Positions 1 through 8,811 of a DNA stretch of 64,000 bases are shown one piece after another. Within the stretch, counting starts at the first letter, position 1. The number at the start of each line of letters is the position of its first letter. This stretch comes from an uncultured Saccharicrinis sp. (GTDB lineage: Bacteria; Bacteroidota; Bacteroidia; Bacteroidales; Marinilabiliaceae). Under the pieces are notes generated by a model. The model was not told the DNA's origin. It saw only the letters and a program-made list of their open reading frames with translations, and made no database searches. Position numbers and translations under genes: made by a program. The stretch is from NCBI GenBank assembly GCA_963677245.1, contig OY781921.1:900149-964148 (forward strand), given 5' to 3'.

Positions 1-182
1 CTCATTTCGTTCATTTTACCTTTAGGTAAGAAGCCTAAACCGGCATCATACAAATCCAACTCTATAATTTCATCCTCTGGATTTTGTTTTTTGTAGCTAT
101 CTATAAAATTATCCGAAATTTGAAATGTTCTTGATTCTCCTTCTGATTTTGCATTCGCTTTAATGTACAATACTTTGCTCAT
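1..182 (-). CDS. azoR: FMN-dependent NADH-azoreductase-like protein, N-terminal part (gene runs off the left edge)
   Basis: Not in the ORF track. My minus-strand translation from ATG at 182..180 reads MSKVLYIKANAKSEGESRTFQISDNFIDSYKKQNPEDEIIELDLY..., which matches a typical AzoR/flavodoxin-like N-terminus. The frame stays open to position 1. Confidence 0.55.
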   Translation of the reverse strand, partial: MSKVLYIKANAKSEGESRTFQISDNFIDSYKKQNPEDEIIELDLYDAGLGFLPKGKMNEM

Positions 183-412
183 CCTAAATCTTTTTAAGTG
201 TATTACTAATCTTTTGCTTGCACAATCCTAAAGCTTACTCATACCATTCTGTAATATAGTTGTAAGAATCCCGTATTAGTTAACAAATTGCCAACTCAAG
301 AACGAACTTTAACAATAAAAGCGCTTTTATATTAATTGGTTCTTTAAACGGAATGATTGTAATGCAAAACTATGCTCACACAAGAACAATTCCTTTTACA
401 TTTGTTAAAAAA

Positions 413-988
413 TCATTTTTTGGATCTGATACGACTTAAAGAAACCTGAGAAATTCCTAAATATCCGGCAGTATCACCAAGGCTTATTCGTTGTTGTAGA
501 TGACCATATTCCCTTAAAAATTTAGCATAGCGTTCCGTTGCGTCAAGGTATAACAAACCTTTTAAATTTGATATGGCAGTATAGGCTACAATAGAAACAA
601 ACTTACGTGCAAAAGTCTCAAAGGAATGATGTTTGGCACACAGACGTTCAAAATCTTCATATTTTAAATAGAGGATGGTTGTATCTTCCAATGCTAAAGT
701 TGAATAATCTGCAGGTAATTTATTAAAAAAACTATCTGTTGCTATAAACAACTGATTTTCTTCAAAAAAACGAAATACAAACTGACTTCCCTTGTAATAA
801 TAAAAATGTTTAGTGAGTCCTTTCAGAATAAAAAAGAGATTTCGACATACCTTTCCTTCCTCGTGAATGAGATCACCTTTTTTATATTCTTTAGTATGAA
901 CACATGCTAAAAGTTCTCCCTTTGCCTCAATAGATAATTCAGATAATCCATCAACATGCTGGACAAAATTATTCAACTCTTTATTCAT
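413..988 (-). CDS. Crp/Fnr family transcriptional regulator (cNMP-binding domain plus C-terminal HTH)
   Basis: 191 aa. The beta-roll region reads GDLIHEEGKVCRNLFFILKGL, and the C-terminal HTH reads LGDTAGYLGISQVSLSRIRSK. Confidence 0.8.
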   Translation of the reverse strand: MNKELNNFVQHVDGLSELSIEAKGELLACVHTKEYKKGDLIHEEGKVCRNLFFILKGLTKHFYYYKGSQFVFRFFEENQLFIATDSFFNKLPADYSTLALEDTTILYLKYEDFERLCAKHHSFETFARKFVSIVAYTAISNLKGLLYLDATERYAKFLREYGHLQQRISLGDTAGYLGISQVSLSRIRSKK

Positions 989-1156
989 TTCGCTAAAATA
1001 AAAATTTTGTAATAATGCACACCTTAATTAAGCTCGAGAGTATATTATCAAATAAAAGCAAGTTATAATTTCGATATAAATAAATCAGCATTAAAAGATT
1101 GCCCTGTCATTTAGTATTGGAGAGAGGATTATTTATGACGGACAGTGACAGCTCCT

Positions 1157-3034
1157 TTAATCTCTCTTTTTCGGCAGAGAAAAGTAAAATTGCGAACCAT
1201 TACCTACTTCACTGTTTACCCATATCTTACCGGAATGCTTTTCAACAAATTCCTTACAAAGAACCAAGCCTAAACCTGTTCCTTCTTCATTATCCGTTCC
1301 TTTGGAAGAAACTTTTTCTTTAAATAGAAACAATCGATTAATGACTGCTGCACTCATTCCTTTTCCAGAATCTGCTACACATATAACGATTTCACTTGCT
1401 TTCTCTTTTACGGAAACTGTTATTTTACCCTCTTTATAGGTAAATTTTAAAGCATTTGTTAAGAGATTTCTAAATATAGTATTAAGCATAGACTGATCTG
1501 CGAAAACCATCACATCTGATGGAAGATTCACCTCTAAGTCTACATTCTTTTGAGCGGCAGCTGGCTTTAAAAGTTCCAGGTTAGCATTAACAACAGAAAG
1601 TAATTCAATATTTTCCGGCGCAAATTCCATATGTCCCGATTCATTCCGGGTCCATTCCAATAAATTGGTTAATAAACCCATTGCATTTTCAGATGCCTGT
1701 AAAACGTAATTGGCATACTTTTCCACATTTTTGTCGTTCGTTTCTTTTGCCTTTGTCAACAGCAATTCACTAAAACCAACTATCGTTGAAAATGGATTTT
1801 TTAAATCATGGGCAATAATTGAAAAGAATTTATCCTTCATTTGATTTAACTCCTGCAATCGAGCCTCGCTATCCCGCAACTTATTTGCTGCTTCTCTTAT
1901 TGCAGTTATATCCTGATTAATCCCATAAAGTTTAACTGTTTTTCCGTCACAATCTTTCAAAATGCCAAATCGCACAGCAATATAGCCTGTCTCTCCATTG
2001 GCATAAAGCATTCGGTGTTCTATATGACAAGTATAATTTGGATCTTGCGCGTGAAATGCAGTATTCGCCTCTTGAAAAACAAGATATCTATCTTCCGGAT
2101 GCACAAACCTGTTGGCATACTCTTGTGGGGACATGGTATTTGTTCCAACCTCTTCGGTACTGGTTTTAAATATAGAATAAAATGTATCGTTGAAATGGAA
2201 TAAGTTTTCTTCCAGATTAAGTTCCCAGGAACCTAAACGAGCAATTTTTAATGCTAAATTCAACTTAATTTGATTATCTCGCACCTTCTGTTCTGCATTT
2301 TTCTGGTCCGTTATATCTCTGGCTATTCCAATCATAGCAGATACTTTTCCATCATTAATTACAGTCGAAGTATTACTCACGTGCCATCTCCAGCTACCAT
2401 TTTTTAACTTCACTCTATATTCAACACCTGTATACTTTTTGTTATTTTGGTAACTATCCGCTACAATCTTCTTTAAGCGATCAATATCATCGGGATGAAC
2501 CAATGTTTCGAACGAAGCACCTAGTACCTCATTTACTTTATACCCTAATACAGCTTGCCAGTTTGGAGATACATAGGTAAAAACACCTTCTTTAGATAAA
2601 GTATATACAAGGTCATTCGCATACTCAACTATTGACCTAAATCTCTCTTCGCTGTTTTTAAGTTCCTCTTCTGTTCTTCTTTTCTCTTCATTATCAATAA
2701 AAGTGACAACGGTTTTTTTGTTAGAATCTATGAGAGATACAGAAAAAAGTGCAGAACGTATTTGATTTTGCTTTGTAATATATTTCGATTCATATTTATT
2801 GGGAATATTGGGATCCCCTTGAATTCTCCTTCTATTGAATGTTCTTACCCGTTCCAATTCTTCAACCGGTAATTTATCGAACCAACTTGTCCCCAAAAGC
2901 TCTTCTTGAGTATAACCGGTAACTTCACACATCGCCTCATTCACCAACATAATATTTGCATTTTCATCAAGCAGTACTATGGCTACAGCGCTGTTTTCAA
3001 TTATTTCACGATAAAGGTTTTGCTCCCCTGGCAT
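1157..3034 (-). CDS. Multi-PAS sensor histidine kinase (cytoplasmic, no receiver domain)
   Basis: 625 aa with several PAS-like segments (SAVAIVLLDENANIMLVNEA..., GVEYRVKLKNGSWRWH). H-box FFSIIAHDLKNPF, and a HATPase_c region with DSGKGM and GTGLGL. Confidence 0.9.
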   Translation of the reverse strand: MPGEQNLYREIIENSAVAIVLLDENANIMLVNEAMCEVTGYTQEELLGTSWFDKLPVEELERVRTFNRRRIQGDPNIPNKYESKYITKQNQIRSALFSVSLIDSNKKTVVTFIDNEEKRRTEEELKNSEERFRSIVEYANDLVYTLSKEGVFTYVSPNWQAVLGYKVNEVLGASFETLVHPDDIDRLKKIVADSYQNNKKYTGVEYRVKLKNGSWRWHVSNTSTVINDGKVSAMIGIARDITDQKNAEQKVRDNQIKLNLALKIARLGSWELNLEENLFHFNDTFYSIFKTSTEEVGTNTMSPQEYANRFVHPEDRYLVFQEANTAFHAQDPNYTCHIEHRMLYANGETGYIAVRFGILKDCDGKTVKLYGINQDITAIREAANKLRDSEARLQELNQMKDKFFSIIAHDLKNPFSTIVGFSELLLTKAKETNDKNVEKYANYVLQASENAMGLLTNLLEWTRNESGHMEFAPENIELLSVVNANLELLKPAAAQKNVDLEVNLPSDVMVFADQSMLNTIFRNLLTNALKFTYKEGKITVSVKEKASEIVICVADSGKGMSAAVINRLFLFKEKVSSKGTDNEEGTGLGLVLCKEFVEKHSGKIWVNSEVGNGSQFYFSLPKKRD

Positions 3035-3340
3035 ACATTAATTTATTAACTGGCATTCTCTTTTCTCGAACAGTACTAAATGTACAAAATTATTAAGACT
3101 ATTTTATCTTAATTGAAAATGTTTCACCAAAGACTTACTTTTCTTTTTATAAAAAGATCTCTATCTACCTGAACAACATCAACATTCCTTATATTATATC
3201 CGATATTTTTCAGAATCCAGTCCTAATCTTTCAAACTCTAACATCTTTCAAAGGTTAATTTGAATAGCTCACAGAAGAATAGTTCCGGTTGATCCCTTAA
3301 AAAAGAAAACCTATTTTTAACCATACTATTTTTGGCATTT

Positions 3341-4393
3341 ATGAGAAGAAAATTACCAATTCGAAAATTAGTAAAGTTAAACCTTTGGTTGTCCATCAAT
3401 ACTGTATTGTTCTTTTTTGTATTGGGATTACTTAATATGGGCTTTGAAAATATCGACAAAGCATTAACTAACTTACTATTTGGATTTTATAACTTTATAT
3501 GTATTTCTTTTGGGAACCTGGGCTTGTTCATCATCTTTAACAGGATGCAGAATAAAACACAATCTTTTCTAAGGATCAGATTTTTAACACTAAGCTTTAG
3601 CTTATCTGAATTAACCATTTTTTCTACCCCTTTAATTTATATGGCTTTATATCAAGATGTAGAAAAGATGAGTTTGCTGACAGGTTTATTACTTAGTGTT
3701 ATGGGAATTATGATGAACCTATTTGTTTTAATGTTACAACATTACGTAATCATTCAGGATGAAAAATTTCATACCGAAATGGAAGTTTCAAAACTAAAAG
3801 CAGTCAATTTTGAAACCGCCAATCAGTTATTAAAACAACAAATTCAACCCCATTTTTTATTTAATGCTTTAAATATTTTAAAATCGCTTTATAAAACAAA
3901 TGTCAACGAAGGAGAAAAATACCTCATGCACTTGTCTAATTTTTTACGGGCATCTTTATCCAATAATAATATTAAAGTCATTAAAGTAAGTGAAGAAATT
4001 AAACTGTGCGAGAACTATATTGATATGCAAAAGATTCGATTTGGTGATGCCTTACAATTTTCTATTCAACTTTCTGAAGAAACTTTAAGTAGAAAATACA
4101 TACCATCATTTTCAATACAACCGTTAATTGAAAATGCTATCAAACACAATGAATTAACCGACGAACAACCTTTAATTATAACGATTGAACAAATTGATGA
4201 TTGGATTAAAGTCTCCAATACTTTACGTTTAAAAAGCAGATCTCCGGAATCTACTGGCGTTGGCTTAAGTAATCTATCTGAACGATATCAACTTCTTTCC
4301 GGCGATGAGTTAAAAATTGAAGAAGATGAACAAACCTTTTCTATTTCCATTAAACTATTGAATCATAAAATAATAGATACAACAAATAACTAG
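3341..4393 (+). CDS. LytS/YehU-type sensor histidine kinase (membrane)
   Basis: Multi-TM N-terminus followed by the His_kinase motif QIQPHFLFNALNILKSL and an ATPase region (IENAIKHN, GVGLSNL). The ORF-track start at 3332 is TTG, so I prefer the ATG at 3341. Confidence 0.85.
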   Translation: MRRKLPIRKLVKLNLWLSINTVLFFFVLGLLNMGFENIDKALTNLLFGFYNFICISFGNLGLFIIFNRMQNKTQSFLRIRFLTLSFSLSELTIFSTPLIYMALYQDVEKMSLLTGLLLSVMGIMMNLFVLMLQHYVIIQDEKFHTEMEVSKLKAVNFETANQLLKQQIQPHFLFNALNILKSLYKTNVNEGEKYLMHLSNFLRASLSNNNIKVIKVSEEIKLCENYIDMQKIRFGDALQFSIQLSEETLSRKYIPSFSIQPLIENAIKHNELTDEQPLIITIEQIDDWIKVSNTLRLKSRSPESTGVGLSNLSERYQLLSGDELKIEEDEQTFSISIKLLNHKIIDTTNN

Positions 4394-4394
4394 T

Positions 4395-5156
4395 ATGAAT
4401 ATTGCCATTATTGAAGATGAGAAGATAACAGCGGCTGATTTGGCGCAAACCATACAATCGGTAGCTCCGGACAGTAATATCATAGCCATATTAAGCTCGG
4501 TTAAAGCTGCCGTAAATTATTTTGAAAATGAAACCATGCCTGATCTTATTTTTAGTGATATTCAATTAGGAGATGGATTGAGTTTCGATATATTTAAACA
4601 GGTAAGCATTAATGTACCGGTTATATTTTGTACTGCTTTTGATGAATATGCTCTCGAAGCTTTTAAAACCAATAGTATCGATTATATCCTTAAACCTTTC
4701 AGCTCAGATGAAGTATCGGAAGCTATTGAAAAATACAAGGACTTAAAGAAAGTGTTTTCTAAGGGTGAGCAAAATTATGATGATATTATCAATGCTTTAC
4801 TTCATAAAAAGGAAAGCACTAATACCAGTTCTCTTTTAGTTCATTATAAAGATAAAATACTTCCTATTAAACTAGACAATGTTGCTTTGTTCTATATTGA
4901 TGCTGAAATTGTTTCGCTTATTACGTTGGATGGACATAAGTATAACCTAAGCAAGACTCTTGATGAATTAAGTAAGATAGCAGGAGATAACTTTTATCGG
5001 GTAAACCGACAATGTATTTTAAATAGAAAAGCCGTTGTGGATATATCTCATTATTTTTCAGGAAAGTTATCGATTAATATATCTGTTCCTTATCACGAAA
5101 AAATATTAGTAAGCAAGGCTAAGAGAACCCAATTTCTTAACTGGATGGAACAGTAA
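4395..5156 (+). CDS. LytTR family response regulator
   Basis: N-terminal receiver (IAIIEDE..., PDLIFSDIQL) and a C-terminal LytTR DNA-binding domain (FYRVNRQCILNRKAV). It starts 2 nt after the kinase stop. Confidence 0.9.
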   Translation: MNIAIIEDEKITAADLAQTIQSVAPDSNIIAILSSVKAAVNYFENETMPDLIFSDIQLGDGLSFDIFKQVSINVPVIFCTAFDEYALEAFKTNSIDYILKPFSSDEVSEAIEKYKDLKKVFSKGEQNYDDIINALLHKKESTNTSSLLVHYKDKILPIKLDNVALFYIDAEIVSLITLDGHKYNLSKTLDELSKIAGDNFYRVNRQCILNRKAVVDISHYFSGKLSINISVPYHEKILVSKAKRTQFLNWMEQ

Positions 5157-5211
5157 ACCTGACTTCTCTTTTTCAATCATTATTCAATAAAAAAAGTAAT
5201 TACTACGTAAT

Positions 5212-6138
5212 ATGAGTTCATACAAGCTTATAACGATATTCATTTGTCTTGTTTTTAATAGCATAATAATCTCTGGACAGACAAATGAAAAAAATTCATA
5301 TAGCCGTCTGGTTAAATTTCCTGTGTTTAATATGAATTACAGAACATACTCAAACGCTAAAGTCGATGTAAAAAATATGAATCCTCATTACAAAGTGGAT
5401 GAATATAATACCGCATTTCAACTCGCTGTACCTTTAAAGAAAAAGAAAACCTATTTGTACAATAGTATAGCCTATTCTTACAGTAAATATTCTTCGGATA
5501 TAAACTACTTATCCAATGATTCACACAAATTTTACACTGTAAACTTTAATATTGGTTTAATAAAAGTTCTCCCTAAAAACTGGCTTCTTTCCACCAATTT
5601 TATTCCAAAAATTTCCTCCGACTTTAAAGAGAAATTACATTCCGATGACTTTACGTATAACGTATCTATGCTAGCTCAAAAAAGGACGAATGAGAAAGTA
5701 GAATATGGTTTTGGTATAAGCTATAGTTCATATGTTTCTATCACTGAAGGTCCATTTATTAGCCCTTTGTTTCAACTCACCTACAAGAGTAACAAGCATA
5801 TTCTACAAATGATATTACCATCCCACATTAACTATTCTTATGATCTAAACACCAAAACAACAGTTGGTATGAACATAGCTGTAAGTGGGAATATAAGTAA
5901 TACTTTGATGCGATCTAATTATTCACCTCAATTAGAAATGAATCGTATTTCTGAGGCAGGAGTTTCTATAGGTCCGGAATTTCAAAAGAAAATATGGGGT
6001 GATTTTTATTTTAACGCCAATGCTGGTATTACCGTTGGAAACCGTCTGCTATTTCAGGACAATCAGTTAAAAACGGAAGTAGATGTAAATGTTCACCAAC
6101 GCTTTTACCTGGGCTTAGGTATTGTTTTGTTGAAGTAA
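5212..6138 (+). CDS. Putative outer-membrane beta-barrel protein of unknown function
   Basis: Signal peptide (ITIFICLVFNSIIISGQ), alternating beta-strand-like pattern rich in Y/S/N, and a C-terminus of hydrophobic/aromatic character. No specific family recognised. Confidence 0.4.
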   Translation: MSSYKLITIFICLVFNSIIISGQTNEKNSYSRLVKFPVFNMNYRTYSNAKVDVKNMNPHYKVDEYNTAFQLAVPLKKKKTYLYNSIAYSYSKYSSDINYLSNDSHKFYTVNFNIGLIKVLPKNWLLSTNFIPKISSDFKEKLHSDDFTYNVSMLAQKRTNEKVEYGFGISYSSYVSITEGPFISPLFQLTYKSNKHILQMILPSHINYSYDLNTKTTVGMNIAVSGNISNTLMRSNYSPQLEMNRISEAGVSIGPEFQKKIWGDFYFNANAGITVGNRLLFQDNQLKTEVDVNVHQRFYLGLGIVLLK

Positions 6139-6293
6139 ATACGATTATCAATTGCCGATTTCGTTCACCTTTCATATTCAATGCTTCCCCTCCTATTTTG
6201 ACTGCCTGACTTAACTTTTATAAATAATACGCTCCACTTCTTTCATTTTTGTATTCGATAATAAATAATCAAATTCAAAAACAGGAAGACACA

Positions 6294-7700
6294 ATGGAGA
6301 AATTAAGTAAAGATTATTCTTCCAACATTAAATTTAACAGGAATAACACTGGCACAGCTTTTAAACTAATTAAGCATGCCATTTTATTTTTCCTGTTTTT
6401 ATTTTTTATGGGAGCCTCCTCAAATGCTCAACAGAGTTTACAAGATCTCATTAATTATGCACTGGAGCACAGTCATGATATTAAGAAAGCAGCATTACAG
6501 CAAGATGAAGCACATTACAAATACCGAGAAACATTAGGTCAGGCATTACCGCAAATAGAAGGTTCCGGTAGTTATACAAAAATGGGACTGGGCGATCTTT
6601 CGGAATTGGCTGGTATTGCAGCAATGCTTCCTGAAGACCAGGCTCCGGCAGTAGAACAGATGTTAGGTGGACTTGATAACTTGTACTCTACATCATTAGG
6701 CGTACAAATTACCCAGGTAATTTATAGTCGAGCGTTATGGGTTGGTTTGGATTTGACTAAAAAAACAAAACAATTATACGACATCTTAAAACAACAAAGC
6801 GACGAAGAATTAATTTCGGAAGTAGCTTCAAATTATTTTCAGGCAGGTTCTTTAATGATGCAATTTGAAACATTAAAAAAATCAAAAGAGAATCTTGAAA
6901 ACCTATTTAGAGTTGTTGAACTTTCTTATCAAAATGATATGGTAACCGAAACTGAAATGAACCGGGTAAAAGTTTCCATGATCAATTTAGAGAGCAGTCT
7001 AAAAACGGTTGAAAACGCCATTGGCATTCAAAAGAATTACTTGAGAGCACTGGCTGGTATGGAAGCTGATGCTGCTATTACTATCGATACAGCATCTATT
7101 GTTAATGCATTTAAACTACGCAAAGAAACTGGTTTTGATTTAGGGAATGTATCGGCATACAAAGCCTTAATGATGCAAGATGAACTATATGCCGGTCAGG
7201 TAAAATCTGCCCAAGCTGAATACTTTCCAACATTGGCTGCTTTTGCTCAACTTGACTACTCCTCATATGGAACAGAAGCAAGTCCTGATAATTTTAGAAA
7301 TATGAATACCATTGGATTGAATTTATCTATTCCAATTTTTACTTCCGGAAGCAATTATGCAAAAGTCAAGCAAAAGAAATTACAACGTGCCCAATTGCAA
7401 GAAGATATCGAAAAGAATAAGCAACTATTGAGTATTGAATATTCAAGCGCTGTTTCTGATTATCAAACAGCAGCATCTCTTCTTCTTGTGCAAAAAGACA
7501 ACCGAGACTTAGCACAGAAAGTGTATAATCAAACATTAATGCAATATGAAGAAGGAATGGCTTCTTTAGCTGACTTGCTAAACGTAAATAATGATTTTCT
7601 GCAAGCTGATAATAGCTACAATCAACAACTGCTAAAATGCAAAACTGCTGAGGTACGCATGCTGAAAGCATCAGGAAATATTAAAAGTTTAACAGAATAA
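6294..7700 (+). CDS. TolC-family outer membrane efflux protein
   Basis: Two-repeat OEP architecture. The start of the mature protein, LQDLINYALEHSHDIKKAALQQDEA, is typical of TolC/OprM. It sits directly upstream of MFP and RND genes. The track start at 6249 is TTG and the first ATG is at 6294. Confidence 0.85.
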   Translation: MEKLSKDYSSNIKFNRNNTGTAFKLIKHAILFFLFLFFMGASSNAQQSLQDLINYALEHSHDIKKAALQQDEAHYKYRETLGQALPQIEGSGSYTKMGLGDLSELAGIAAMLPEDQAPAVEQMLGGLDNLYSTSLGVQITQVIYSRALWVGLDLTKKTKQLYDILKQQSDEELISEVASNYFQAGSLMMQFETLKKSKENLENLFRVVELSYQNDMVTETEMNRVKVSMINLESSLKTVENAIGIQKNYLRALAGMEADAAITIDTASIVNAFKLRKETGFDLGNVSAYKALMMQDELYAGQVKSAQAEYFPTLAAFAQLDYSSYGTEASPDNFRNMNTIGLNLSIPIFTSGSNYAKVKQKKLQRAQLQEDIEKNKQLLSIEYSSAVSDYQTAASLLLVQKDNRDLAQKVYNQTLMQYEEGMASLADLLNVNNDFLQADNSYNQQLLKCKTAEVRMLKASGNIKSLTE

Positions 7701-7727
7701 ATAAGGGTAAAAGAAAAATATAAGATC

Positions 7728-8792
7728 ATGAAAAAAACAATGATAAGAATAATAATTGCTGTGATTGCGGTGGTGCTTGTGGGATTAATGGTAATGCAAT
7801 TACGCAAAAACAAATCTGAAGTAGAATACAACGTAGCCTTTGCGCAACAAACTGTTCAAAAAATACCTGTAACGGTAGAAAAAGCCAGCAGAGGTATATT
7901 GGATGAAAACCTGAAAGTAACCGGTGTTTTAGAAGCTGCTCAATCGGTTATGGTAATGTCTGAAACACAAGGTAAAATAATAAGTATTTATAAAGAAAAA
8001 GGAGATAAAGTCCGTAAAGGTGATGTGATTGTAAAAGTGGATGATGAAGTTATTGCCGCTAATGTACTAACTGCTGAAGCCAACTACGAACAATATCAAA
8101 AAGATGTAGAACGTTTAAAGCGTTTATCGAAAGAAAATGCGGTTACAAAACGCGATTTAGAACAAACTCAAATTGGTTTAAAGAAAGCAAAAGCTGATTT
8201 AATCAATGCACAAAAAGCACTTAGCAACACTGCTATTAAAGCTCCTATTTCAGGGTATATCAATAACGATTTTCTTTCAGTTGGACAGTTGTTAGGTGGA
8301 GGTGGTCAGGTTTGTGAAATTGTAGACAACAGCTCATTAATTGTTAATGTAAGCGTAAGCGAAAAGCAAGCTTATAAAGTATTTAAAGGTAAAGAAGTTA
8401 ACGTTTATATTTCTGTATTCCCTGATAAAGTATTCACCGGTATTGTAAGTGCTGTTGCTGAGAAAGCAGGTGACGGTTTTAAATTTAATGTAGAAGTTGA
8501 ATTAGAAAATAACATGAAACCTTCATTAAAATCCGGATTATATGCAGAAGTTGAAATTCCGGTTACCAATGAGGAGAACATCTTAATCAGTAAATCTGCC
8601 ATTATCGGAAGCATGGAGAAACCTGAGATTTTCGTTGTCGAAAACAACAAGGCTATTAAGCGAGAACTTATCGTTGGTCAGGGAGACAACAATAAAATTG
8701 AAGTCCTTAGAGGTCTTTCCGGTAAGGAGCAAATCATTGTGAGTGGTCAGTTAAATTTAACTGAAGGTGACGAAGTGACTGTTGTGAACTAA
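7728..8792 (+). CDS. Efflux RND periplasmic adaptor (membrane fusion protein, HlyD family)
   Basis: N-terminal TM anchor, lipoyl-like segment (KGDVIVKVDD), coiled-coil hairpin and beta-barrel segments. Located between the TolC and RND genes. Confidence 0.9.
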   Translation: MKKTMIRIIIAVIAVVLVGLMVMQLRKNKSEVEYNVAFAQQTVQKIPVTVEKASRGILDENLKVTGVLEAAQSVMVMSETQGKIISIYKEKGDKVRKGDVIVKVDDEVIAANVLTAEANYEQYQKDVERLKRLSKENAVTKRDLEQTQIGLKKAKADLINAQKALSNTAIKAPISGYINNDFLSVGQLLGGGGQVCEIVDNSSLIVNVSVSEKQAYKVFKGKEVNVYISVFPDKVFTGIVSAVAEKAGDGFKFNVEVELENNMKPSLKSGLYAEVEIPVTNEENILISKSAIIGSMEKPEIFVVENNKAIKRELIVGQGDNNKIEVLRGLSGKEQIIVSGQLNLTEGDEVTVVN

Positions 8793-8811
8793 TTTGTCAA
8801 GGAGGTTTAAT

